A stretch of 64,000 nucleotides of DNA from Candidatus Latescibacterota bacterium (GTDB lineage Bacteria; Latescibacterota; UBA2968; UBA8231). The translations under genes were made by a program, and so were the position numbers. Positions 1 through 8,455 of this stretch are shown one piece after another. Location: NCBI GenBank assembly GCA_965203175.1, contig OZ241867.1, forward strand, positions 4,320,001 to 4,384,000, read 5' to 3'. The notes beneath the pieces are model-generated. The model was not told the origin of the DNA. It searched no databases and saw only the letters and a list, made by a program, of their open reading frames with translations. How positions within the stretch are numbered: position 1 is the stretch's first letter; every line of letters begins with the position of its first letter.

Positions 1-1404
1 GAAAGGCTGCACCACGGAAGCGGTTACAACATCCTGTTCTCAGACGGGCGGCTCACCACGGGCGGAGATTTGGATCTGACCTTCCTGCTGCGCGAGGACA
101 TCGCCATTAACGCGGCGTCGGCAGCCGCACGGGGGATTCGCCACATCCGCTATCTTTTTCAGCCGCGCAAGATCCGCTACATCTTCTGGCACGGCCATCT
201 GGATCAAGGCTGGTTTTCGCATCCAACGGAATTTATGCTGTTTTCACCGGGCTATCCCGCGCAGGTGGTGTTGCTCTCGGGCTTTATCGATCTCGGCCAA
301 CTCGCCGGAGACGGCCGTCCCAAGGCTATTAGGCGTTTGCGCTGGGAGGCGACAACGCCCGATCTGACGCAGTTGCAGGTGCGCTCTCGGTCGGGCAATA
401 CCCTGCAAGAATTCTACACGTTCTACGACAAAAAGGGTGAGGAAGTCACCGAGACGCGCTATAACAGCCTGCCCAAAGTCATCCGCGGTCCCATCGACAC
501 CATGGTCGTCGTAGGAGCCGATTGGGGCGCGTGGAGCAACTTCTACCAGCTTTCCGGCGAGGCGTTTAAGTCGGAGACGCCGCGCCGTTTTATCCAGTTG
601 GAGCTGATTCTTTCCACCGAGGACCCCGCTGTCGCACCGGTGTTGCACGCGCTGGCACTGGATTTTGAGGATGCGCTGGTCGCACAGGCGGCTGGGCAAG
701 TTATGCCGCGCCATGCCGTACCCAACGAGGCGACGCGGTTTACGTATGTGCTGCGGACGAGTGCGGCTGCGGACGACTCGGGCTTTGACCGGTTGCGCTT
801 TTCCACGCCGAGTGCTGTGGATGCAGCAGACGTGCGGCTGTGGATTGGTGGTGCGGCGCACGAGCCGAGTGCCGTACGCGCGATGGGGGATTCGCTACTT
901 TTTGTAGATTTACCGGAGACGGTGTGGACGGATTCTGTCACCGTGGAATTCACCACTAAGGTCCTGCGCAACGCCACGGTTTTTGCTGCGGACTTAGGGC
1001 AAGAAGCGCGTCCTGATCTGTGGCAGTCGGTAGAGGCAGCCGAGCGGCAAGCGAACTTGGTGTTTCTGCCGGATCTACCCGGCAGCGAGCGGCTGATCGG
1101 CGATTTGCAGGTTGTGCCGCCGGTGTTTTCACCCAACGGCGATGGCATCAACGACCACGTGCAGATACGCTTTGCGCTGTTCAAGGCGGTGGATGCGTCT
1201 CCGAGCGTGCGCATCTTTGACTTGGCAGGTCGGGAAGTAGCGGTGCTGATGCCGTTTGGTAGGGATGTATTGCAGTCGTTTAGTTGGGATGGATTGGATG
1301 CATCGGGTATTCGGGTCGCGCCTGGGGTGTACGTGTGCCGCATTGACGCGGGAGCCGATGCCGGACAGGGGGAAGTAATGCGTACCCTAGCCGTAGCCTA
1401 TTGA
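1..1404 (+). CDS. Secreted protein with C-terminal FlgD-Ig/CHU_C-like domain (5' end lies before the window)
   Basis: Frame is open from base 1 to the stop at 1404. C-terminus has FSPNGDGIND...IFDLAGREV...WDGLDASG...PGVY, typical of FlgD-Ig/sorting-like tails. Confidence 0.8.
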   Translation, partial: ERLHHGSGYNILFSDGRLTTGGDLDLTFLLREDIAINAASAAARGIRHIRYLFQPRKIRYIFWHGHLDQGWFSHPTEFMLFSPGYPAQVVLLSGFIDLGQLAGDGRPKAIRRLRWEATTPDLTQLQVRSRSGNTLQEFYTFYDKKGEEVTETRYNSLPKVIRGPIDTMVVVGADWGAWSNFYQLSGEAFKSETPRRFIQLELILSTEDPAVAPVLHALALDFEDALVAQAAGQVMPRHAVPNEATRFTYVLRTSAAADDSGFDRLRFSTPSAVDAADVRLWIGGAAHEPSAVRAMGDSLLFVDLPETVWTDSVTVEFTTKVLRNATVFAADLGQEARPDLWQSVEAAERQANLVFLPDLPGSERLIGDLQVVPPVFSPNGDGINDHVQIRFALFKAVDASPSVRIFDLAGREVAVLMPFGRDVLQSFSWDGLDASGIRVAPGVYVCRIDAGADAGQGEVMRTLAVAY

Positions 1405-1412
1405 GGAATGCC

Positions 1413-3296
1413 ATGACTGTCGCTCCAGCGGTGTATCGCGATCAGAAGTGGATCATCTCGCCTTTTGGCGACCTGTTCTTTTTTATTGGCACGCCGCTTT
1501 TGTGCTTGGTGACCATGTTGCCATTGCGGGCCGTGTTCGACTCGCAGACCATCGCCTTCTACGCGCTGGCGCTGTTTGCCACCGGCCACCACCTGCCGGG
1601 CTTTATGCGCGCATACGGCGACCCAGAGCTATTCAGCACCTTCAAGGAGAAGTTCCTCGTTGCGCCGGTCGTCGTGCTCATCGTGACGGCGCTGGCGCAA
1701 TTCAATACCCTGCACGGGCTTTTCCTGATGGTACTAGTGTGGGAGATCTGGCACCTCTTTATGCAGCACTACGGCATCATGCGGATCTACGATGCCAAAA
1801 ACAAGATCTTCTCCAAGCTCGACGCTCGGCTCGACTGGCTGCTGACCTTGTGTGCCTTTGCAACAGTGGTCATCTATAGCCCCGAATACTTCCACCGCAT
1901 CCTCGACCACAACCAGCGGGTTGGCGTGCCCTTCCTGTCGGCCGAGTTGACGTTCCTGCTCAAAAAGGTGCTGTTCTATGTTACGATGGCCGTGCTTGCG
2001 GCGTACTTGGCCAACATCGGCCGGCGGGCGATCACCGGTCAGAAGATAAGCCTGCCCAAAATCGCGGTGATGGCGACTACGGTGTTCATCATCTATTACG
2101 GCTGGATACATATCAACGATCTCGTCATCGGCTATGCGGCTTTTGCCGTTTTTCACGATATCCAGTACTTCGCCATCGTCTGGGTCTACAACAACAACCT
2201 CGTCAAAAGGCAGGAGCGAACTACCAAGCTCCTGCGCACCTTTTTCACTACGCGCACCTTGCCGATACTGGTCGCGTACGTGCTTGTTTGCTTTGCCTAC
2301 GGCAGCATCAACATGATGGAGGGCTTTCTCAAGTCCGAGCAGGCGATCAAAATGGTCGAGATCTTCGTCATCACCTCGACGCTTTTGCACTACTATTTCG
2401 ATGGGTTCATCTGGAAAATCCGCGACCGCAAAAACCAAGCCAATCTGGGGATCAACGCCGAAGAGGGGGCGGACCGCATTGGATTGCGGGCGTTGACTGG
2501 CGGCTTGGCCTCGTACTTTCGCGAGACGGGCCGCCAGTTGGCCTATTTTGCGGTGCCGGTGGTGGCGCTCTCGCTTTTCCAGTTTTACTGGACGGCCGAT
2601 GAGGCCGAGGCGCGGGAGAAGATGGTCGAATTGTTTCCGGACTTGGCCGGTGCCCACAACAATCTCGGCGTCTTCTATGCGCGGCAGGGAGATTGGGAGA
2701 GAGCTGCCGGCGAATATCAGCGGGCGCTAGAGCTGGATGCGGGAGCCTATGAGGCGCACAAAAACCTCGGTTTACTCTACGCGCGACGGGGACTACGGGA
2801 CGATTGGGAAAAGGCGCATATGCACTACCAGCAGGCGATAGACCACAAGCCGCGCTACGTCGAAGCGCTCAACGCGCAGGGGTTGATCTTTTTGGAGCGG
2901 GGCGAGTTCGCCAAGGCCGAAGAACGCTTCCGCGAGGCCCTCGACGAATTTGACTATGCCCCGGCATACAACAACCTCGGTACGGCCTATTTGCAGATGG
3001 GAGACTTTCCGCAGGCGATCTCCGCCTACGAAAAAGCCGTCGCGCTCGACCGGGCCGACGCCTCGCACCACTTCAACTTGGGGTTAGCTTTGCAGAAGGC
3101 CGGAGAGAACGAGCAGGCGGTTGCCTCGTTTGCCTCAGCACTCTCTTTAGATCCGCGCCACGTCAAAGCTTATTTGAGCATGGCGCTTTCCTACCAGCGG
3201 CTGGGTCACCTCGCTGAGGCGCGGCAGGCGCTGCAGCAGTTGTTGGTGGTGGATCCGAACCACGCCACAGCAGCGCGGCTATTGGCCCGGTTGTGA
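1413..3296 (+). CDS. Polytopic membrane protein with His-rich motifs fused to C-terminal TPR repeats
   Basis: Hydrophobic N-terminal ~390 aa with GHH, WHLFMQHYG, FHDIQY and LLHYYFDG. TPR motifs follow (AHNNLG, AHKNLG, AYNNLG, HHFNLG). ATG 1413 follows GAGG. Confidence 0.8.
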   Translation: MTVAPAVYRDQKWIISPFGDLFFFIGTPLLCLVTMLPLRAVFDSQTIAFYALALFATGHHLPGFMRAYGDPELFSTFKEKFLVAPVVVLIVTALAQFNTLHGLFLMVLVWEIWHLFMQHYGIMRIYDAKNKIFSKLDARLDWLLTLCAFATVVIYSPEYFHRILDHNQRVGVPFLSAELTFLLKKVLFYVTMAVLAAYLANIGRRAITGQKISLPKIAVMATTVFIIYYGWIHINDLVIGYAAFAVFHDIQYFAIVWVYNNNLVKRQERTTKLLRTFFTTRTLPILVAYVLVCFAYGSINMMEGFLKSEQAIKMVEIFVITSTLLHYYFDGFIWKIRDRKNQANLGINAEEGADRIGLRALTGGLASYFRETGRQLAYFAVPVVALSLFQFYWTADEAEAREKMVELFPDLAGAHNNLGVFYARQGDWERAAGEYQRALELDAGAYEAHKNLGLLYARRGLRDDWEKAHMHYQQAIDHKPRYVEALNAQGLIFLERGEFAKAEERFREALDEFDYAPAYNNLGTAYLQMGDFPQAISAYEKAVALDRADASHHFNLGLALQKAGENEQAVASFASALSLDPRHVKAYLSMALSYQRLGHLAEARQALQQLLVVDPNHATAARLLARL

Positions 3297-3310
3297 GCGG
3301 CTTCTTCTGT

Positions 3311-5485
3311 CTAATGGCGATGCGCTTGGTGGCCTTGGGTCGCTAGCGCGAGGGGATAGACGGCCAAACGTTCTAAGGCCGAGGCGTCTTCGCGGACCCG
3401 GTACACTCTATTAATCGGTACCTCTGTAAAGCTTTGCACTGTGCCCGACGGCCAGTGCAAAGTCAGCTCGTCGAGTACCTCAGCTTCCCCCAGCCCAATC
3501 TCCTGTTGTAAGGTCGAAGCCCCAAAGCTCGCGCCTGTGCCGGCGACGATGTGGATCGTCCGCGTCCCAGCGTGGGCTTGAATCCGCGTCCCGATCCCGG
3601 CTCGATTCGACTTGGTCCCCTCTAGTTTGAGGGTGATCCAATGGTTGCCGTGCCCGGGGTTTTCAAAGAGCACATTGGTGTACACGTCTCCCGAATAGGC
3701 TCCACCGACCACCGCATAGATGTCCTGATCGCCGTCGTTGTCGATATCGCCGAAGGCCACGCCATGCCCTTTTTGCAGGTGTCCGAAGCCACCAGAGGTA
3801 GTTACATCTTCGAAGCGCTGACCCGCGGCGTTGCGAAACATGCGGTTGGGCATCAGCGAACGGTAGTCGGGGTCGCCAGTGCCAGCGTAGAAATCGAGCC
3901 AGCCGTCGTTGTCGAGGTCGCCGAAGTTGCAGCCCATCGTATAGAGGACCTTGTCGCTGTGGGTCTGGCGGGCCATGTCGGCGAAGGTGCCGTCGCCTTG
4001 GTTGCGATAGAGGCGAGGCGGCTCACCCTTGTGTGGCAGACCCATGTAGTCGGCGGCTACATCGCCGGCGTCGGCCTTGTAGCCTGAGACGAATAGGTCG
4101 AGCCAGCCGTCGTTGTCGTAGTCCCAAAACCACACCGGAAAGCTGAACGTCGGCTGACCCACGCCAGCGCGGGCGGTTATATCGGAGAAACGCCAGCGGC
4201 CATTGGCATCTGGCCCATCGTTGTGGAAAAGTAGATTGGGCTGTCCGAGGCGGGAGATGTAGAGGTCGGGCCGGAGGTCGTTGTCGATGTCGCCCCAAGC
4301 CACTCCTTTAACGAAGCCATCGACGTCTAAGCCGACTTCTGCCGCCACATCAACAAAGGTTCCGTCGCCTTGATTGCGGAAAAGCTCACAGGGATGATAC
4401 TCTTCGGCAGAGGACTCGTTGCCCACGAATAGGTCGAGCCAGCCGTCGTTGTCGAAGTCGGCCCAGGCCGCCGTCTGCGTGGGGTGCAAAGTGAGCAGCC
4501 CAGCCGTTTGGGTTACGTCGGCGAAGGTGCCGTTGCCTTGGTTGCGCAATAGCGAATTGGGGTGGAGTCCGTCGGCACCAAACCAGCCGCCGCGCAGGAC
4601 CAGCACATCGGCGAAGCCGTCGTTATCAAAGTCCGTCTGTACGGCGTTGAGGCCGCCAACTAGGCCGGTCAAGCCGGCGGCGGCAGTGCGCTCGGCAAAG
4701 GTTCCGTTGCCTTGGTTGCGAAAGTAGCGCAGGGGATCGTCGAGGCCCCAAGAAGTGGCGATGATGTCGAGAAAGCCGTCGTTGTCAAAGTCTTCCATAA
4801 TGCCGCCTCCGGCCAAGCCGAGGACATTCAACCCCAAGGCGGGAGCCCGGTCGGGGAAGCGGCCAATATCGGCGTCAGCGGCGAAGACTTCTGGGGGAAT
4901 GAGATGGGCGACAGGTACTTGGTGGGGGTACTCGCCTACGGTCATATAGGCGATGTTGAGCAACCAGCGAGAAGTCAGGTCGTAGGGCGTTTTTTCTAAG
5001 ATTGCTCGGTAGTAAGCAATGGCTGCACGCGATCCATCTTGTAGCTTATGGACCCCTTCGGCTGAGATGGGGAGCAGGCAGGAAGCGAGGTTGTGGTCGT
5101 CGATGCAGTTTAGCTGCTCGCCGAGACGCAAGTAGGCGAGGGCGATCATCTCTTCGAGACTCGGTCGGGTGCGGAAGCGGTGGGCATCGGCTTGCTCGCG
5201 CACCTGCTCGAACAGGGTAGCTGCCTCGGCAGATACGCCGGCGCGCAGCAACTCTTTGGCTAGTTCGACCTGTTGGCTGAGCTGTTGCACGGGGTCGTCT
5301 GGTGCGGGCTGACGGCGCAGCCAGTCAACGCGGTGCTGGCTCAAATAGATGTTGTCCTCGGCGTTGGCATCAGCGGCGAGGGTGGCAAGTTGCTCGGCCA
5401 TGTGCTGAGTGCCGGGAGTCTGGTAGGGATCGGCAGCGCAACTCGCTAGCGCGAGGACCAAGAAGACGAGGGCGCAGGGGTTCAT
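3311..5485 (-). CDS. CRTAC1-family / ASPIC-UnbV FG-GAP repeat lipoprotein
   Basis: Lipobox LALASC, repeated DFDNDGxLD (FG-GAP/VCBS) motifs, and C-terminal WITLKLEG..SNR.GIG...IGLG...WPSG (ASPIC/UnbV). Confidence 0.88.
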   Translation of the reverse strand: MNPCALVFLVLALASCAADPYQTPGTQHMAEQLATLAADANAEDNIYLSQHRVDWLRRQPAPDDPVQQLSQQVELAKELLRAGVSAEAATLFEQVREQADAHRFRTRPSLEEMIALAYLRLGEQLNCIDDHNLASCLLPISAEGVHKLQDGSRAAIAYYRAILEKTPYDLTSRWLLNIAYMTVGEYPHQVPVAHLIPPEVFAADADIGRFPDRAPALGLNVLGLAGGGIMEDFDNDGFLDIIATSWGLDDPLRYFRNQGNGTFAERTAAAGLTGLVGGLNAVQTDFDNDGFADVLVLRGGWFGADGLHPNSLLRNQGNGTFADVTQTAGLLTLHPTQTAAWADFDNDGWLDLFVGNESSAEEYHPCELFRNQGDGTFVDVAAEVGLDVDGFVKGVAWGDIDNDLRPDLYISRLGQPNLLFHNDGPDANGRWRFSDITARAGVGQPTFSFPVWFWDYDNDGWLDLFVSGYKADAGDVAADYMGLPHKGEPPRLYRNQGDGTFADMARQTHSDKVLYTMGCNFGDLDNDGWLDFYAGTGDPDYRSLMPNRMFRNAAGQRFEDVTTSGGFGHLQKGHGVAFGDIDNDGDQDIYAVVGGAYSGDVYTNVLFENPGHGNHWITLKLEGTKSNRAGIGTRIQAHAGTRTIHIVAGTGASFGASTLQQEIGLGEAEVLDELTLHWPSGTVQSFTEVPINRVYRVREDASALERLAVYPLALATQGHQAHRH

Positions 5486-5515
5486 AAGGGTATAGGTCGG
5501 AAGATTAGACGACTT

Positions 5516-8437
5516 TTATTTGAGCAAGGTTAGTTGTTTGGTGGCTAAATAGCCTCCGGCTCGCAATTGGTAGAAATAGGTGCCGCTGGCGACTGTGTGT
5601 CCGGCGTCGTTGCGCCCATTCCACTGGGTGCGATAGTATCCAGCGGCGAGATGTTGTGCGACCAAGGTGCGGATCTTTTGGCCGATAGCGTCGTACAGGG
5701 TCAATTCGACGGCGGCCGGAGTCGCTAGCTGGAATTCGATGGTCGTGGCTGCATTGAAGGGATTGGGGTAGTTCTGGGTAAGGGCAAAGGCGGCCGGTGT
5801 GGTCCCTTTGGCTGCGACGGGGTCTAGACGGGCGATCCATGTAGCTATGAGATCAGCTCCGCGCTCGTCGATGACTGAGGAAGCCAGCGGCGGCATGCGA
5901 AAGGTGCCCATCGTCAGCATCCGCAGGTAGAGCGTGGAAAGCTGCGGTTCTCCAGGGGAGAGGATGAGGGCCTCTGGCTCGCCTATATCGCCGAGCGTGG
6001 GGAAGGCCCCGACCGTATTGGTTTCGGCCAGGGGCGTGTCGTAGCGCAGGTCGATGATGGTGCGGCCGACGCTCTCGGGCCGGTGGCACGGCGCACAGTT
6101 GACGTCCAAGTACGAGCGGGCGCGCTGGTCGAGCGGGATGCTGGGGTCGAAGGGATTGGGCAGGTGAGGCAAGGAAGACAGGTCGGTTGGCAACTCCTCG
6201 GTGAAAAGGCCCTGTTGGGCGAGGGTGTGCAGCTGGTTTTGCTCCGCGTCTGTGTAGAGTTGGGCCGCGTGTACGCCGAGGACGTAGCCCGCGCCCTTGG
6301 TGTGGCAGACCTCGCAGTCTTGGCGCGCGGGAAAATAGTACTCCTGCAAGAGAAATCCCACTGGATCTTGGGGATCGTCAATCACGTATGCAACAGTCGT
6401 GCTGTCGGCGAGTAAGGTGGCGTCGGTGCCGGTTTCGTTCCACAGGTAGCTATAACCGTCCCAACCTGGAGTACCTACGCGCTTGATGAGGAAGCGCGTT
6501 TCGATGATGCGCCGGCTGGCCGGATCGCCGCGCACCAAGTCGAGGTAAAAGTTTTTGATCAGCAGGGTTTCGTCGGGAAAGCCCCAAGGCCCACGGCTGG
6601 CAAAGTCAATGCGCTCGCCGGGCGGCAGGCGAATGAACCGCGTTTTTGTGGTTCCGTCCGACCAAAACGGCGCATTGACTTCGTACGGCACCACGCCGGC
6701 CGCGGGTGTTTGCGCGGCGAGGTCGCTGAAAACCTGCGCATCGGCCAAGCTCGCAGGTGGGAACTCCTCAGCAGGCGGTAGGACGATTTCCCACAGCCCG
6801 CGCTTGCCACTCCATTCGATCACATAGAGACGATTGCCGATGATTTCCGCGTCAATAGGGTTGGAAAATCCGCCGACGATGCGGGTGACACGCGCCTCGT
6901 AGTTGTCGCCGACTTTGGCTAAGTCGAGATGCAGCAGATCTTGGCTAGGGTCGTTGAACGGTCCGTTGACACTGTCCCCGTCGGGATCGCCCCGAGTCCA
7001 ACTGAGCGTGAAGCCGTCACCTTGAAACGGCTCGGCAAGGGCATGGTCCGCGTCGAATACCAATCCGAGCGGCGAGCGATGCGCGGTGAAGGTGCCGAAG
7101 CGCACGCCCTCTTCGCTGGCATCCTTGATTTGGCCGTCGGCTGGGTCTCGGTAGGCGTCGGCGTCTGGTCCGAGATTGATCACTGGGTCGGTGAAATCGC
7201 GCGGTGGCGGTGGGTATGTGGGATCGTTGTGGTAATAGCCTTCGCGCACGGCCGTGGAGCGGGGAGATAGAAGGAAATCGGTGGCTGGGTCGTAGTCGGG
7301 AAATTGCTGCGGGGTGTCGTCGAGACCCATGCGCCAGGGGAAGCCGTAGTGATGCCCTTGACGCAGCCAATTGAGTTCCTCGGGCATGTCGCGGCCCGGT
7401 CCGTTTTCCGTGGTGAAAAGGTCGCCGTTGGGGGCGAAGGCGAAGTCATAGGCATTGCGCAGGCCCTCGGCAAAGAGGAGTCCTTGGTCGAGCAGGGCAT
7501 AGCGGCTGTTGGGCAGCACGAGGTCGCGGGCATCGGTCGGGACGCGCAAAATTACGGCGGTAAGCGCGGTTTCGCGCAGCCCAGGGAAGTGCCCATTGCC
7601 GTCTTGGATCTCGCCGTGATCGGTGCGCGAGCCGCTGTTGATAAAGAGTGTGCGATTGTCGGGGCTGACGATTAGCGCGTTGACCTCGTGGTTGTAGATG
7701 CAGTCGCACCGCTCATAGGGTTCGGTTTCCGCGAGGGTAAACCAGATGCGCTCGCCGCTGCTCGGATCGACTTCGCCTTTGGTGATGGTGGCGATATTGT
7801 AGATGGACAGGTCAATGCGTTTGAGGACGTAAAAGGTGCCGGCTTCGTCGATAAACAGGGCGCTTGGGCGGATGAAGCCGTGGTCAGCGACCGTGTACGC
7901 CGTGCCTTCAGGCAAGAGGGTGATGTCGCCATTGGTTGTCTTGAGGACGTAGCGGTTGTTGGTCGTAGGGTCGCGGCCAAAGATGGAGGCGGCGAGGATG
8001 TCGTCGATGGGAACGTCGGCGGGCAGGTTGTCCGGGGCGAGCTGTTCCCACTGCCGCTCGCCGGTGTCGGCGTCGAGCAAAATGCCTCGGGCGAGGGCAA
8101 ACTGGCCGCTGTCGCGGGGGCCGTGGCGATTGGACGCAAGATAGAACGAGCCATCCGGCCCGATGGCAAAGCCCGTGAAGCCGCTGCTGATGCCGTGATC
8201 GCGGTGGGAGTATGTTGGGACGCGCCTAGCCGCTGTTAGGTTGATGCGTTCAATCGCGCCGTCCTGCCGCAAGATATAGAGCGCGTCGTCGCGCGGATCC
8301 TTGGCGATGCGGATGGTGCCTTGGGTGACGTTGAGGATGCGGCGGATTTCAATGTCGTCGCGGGTGGCTTGCGGCTCGGCGTACACGGTTGAGCAAAAGG
8401 CAACGAGCGCGACGAGCGAGAGGCAACGGACCAGCAT
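5516..8437 (-). CDS. Secreted PQQ/sorbosone-dehydrogenase-like beta-propeller + diheme cytochrome c domain + FlgD-Ig tail
   Basis: Signal peptide; GLRNAYDFAF, ENGP, EELN..HYGFPW (GSDH family); YEVNAPFWSD...ETR with CEVCH and CAPCH heme motifs; QNYPNPFN...WNGRND tail. Confidence 0.85.
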   Translation of the reverse strand: MLVRCLSLVALVAFCSTVYAEPQATRDDIEIRRILNVTQGTIRIAKDPRDDALYILRQDGAIERINLTAARRVPTYSHRDHGISSGFTGFAIGPDGSFYLASNRHGPRDSGQFALARGILLDADTGERQWEQLAPDNLPADVPIDDILAASIFGRDPTTNNRYVLKTTNGDITLLPEGTAYTVADHGFIRPSALFIDEAGTFYVLKRIDLSIYNIATITKGEVDPSSGERIWFTLAETEPYERCDCIYNHEVNALIVSPDNRTLFINSGSRTDHGEIQDGNGHFPGLRETALTAVILRVPTDARDLVLPNSRYALLDQGLLFAEGLRNAYDFAFAPNGDLFTTENGPGRDMPEELNWLRQGHHYGFPWRMGLDDTPQQFPDYDPATDFLLSPRSTAVREGYYHNDPTYPPPPRDFTDPVINLGPDADAYRDPADGQIKDASEEGVRFGTFTAHRSPLGLVFDADHALAEPFQGDGFTLSWTRGDPDGDSVNGPFNDPSQDLLHLDLAKVGDNYEARVTRIVGGFSNPIDAEIIGNRLYVIEWSGKRGLWEIVLPPAEEFPPASLADAQVFSDLAAQTPAAGVVPYEVNAPFWSDGTTKTRFIRLPPGERIDFASRGPWGFPDETLLIKNFYLDLVRGDPASRRIIETRFLIKRVGTPGWDGYSYLWNETGTDATLLADSTTVAYVIDDPQDPVGFLLQEYYFPARQDCEVCHTKGAGYVLGVHAAQLYTDAEQNQLHTLAQQGLFTEELPTDLSSLPHLPNPFDPSIPLDQRARSYLDVNCAPCHRPESVGRTIIDLRYDTPLAETNTVGAFPTLGDIGEPEALILSPGEPQLSTLYLRMLTMGTFRMPPLASSVIDERGADLIATWIARLDPVAAKGTTPAAFALTQNYPNPFNAATTIEFQLATPAAVELTLYDAIGQKIRTLVAQHLAAGYYRTQWNGRNDAGHTVASGTYFYQLRAGGYLATKQLTLLK

Positions 8438-8455
8438 GACGTTCCTTAACGCAGC

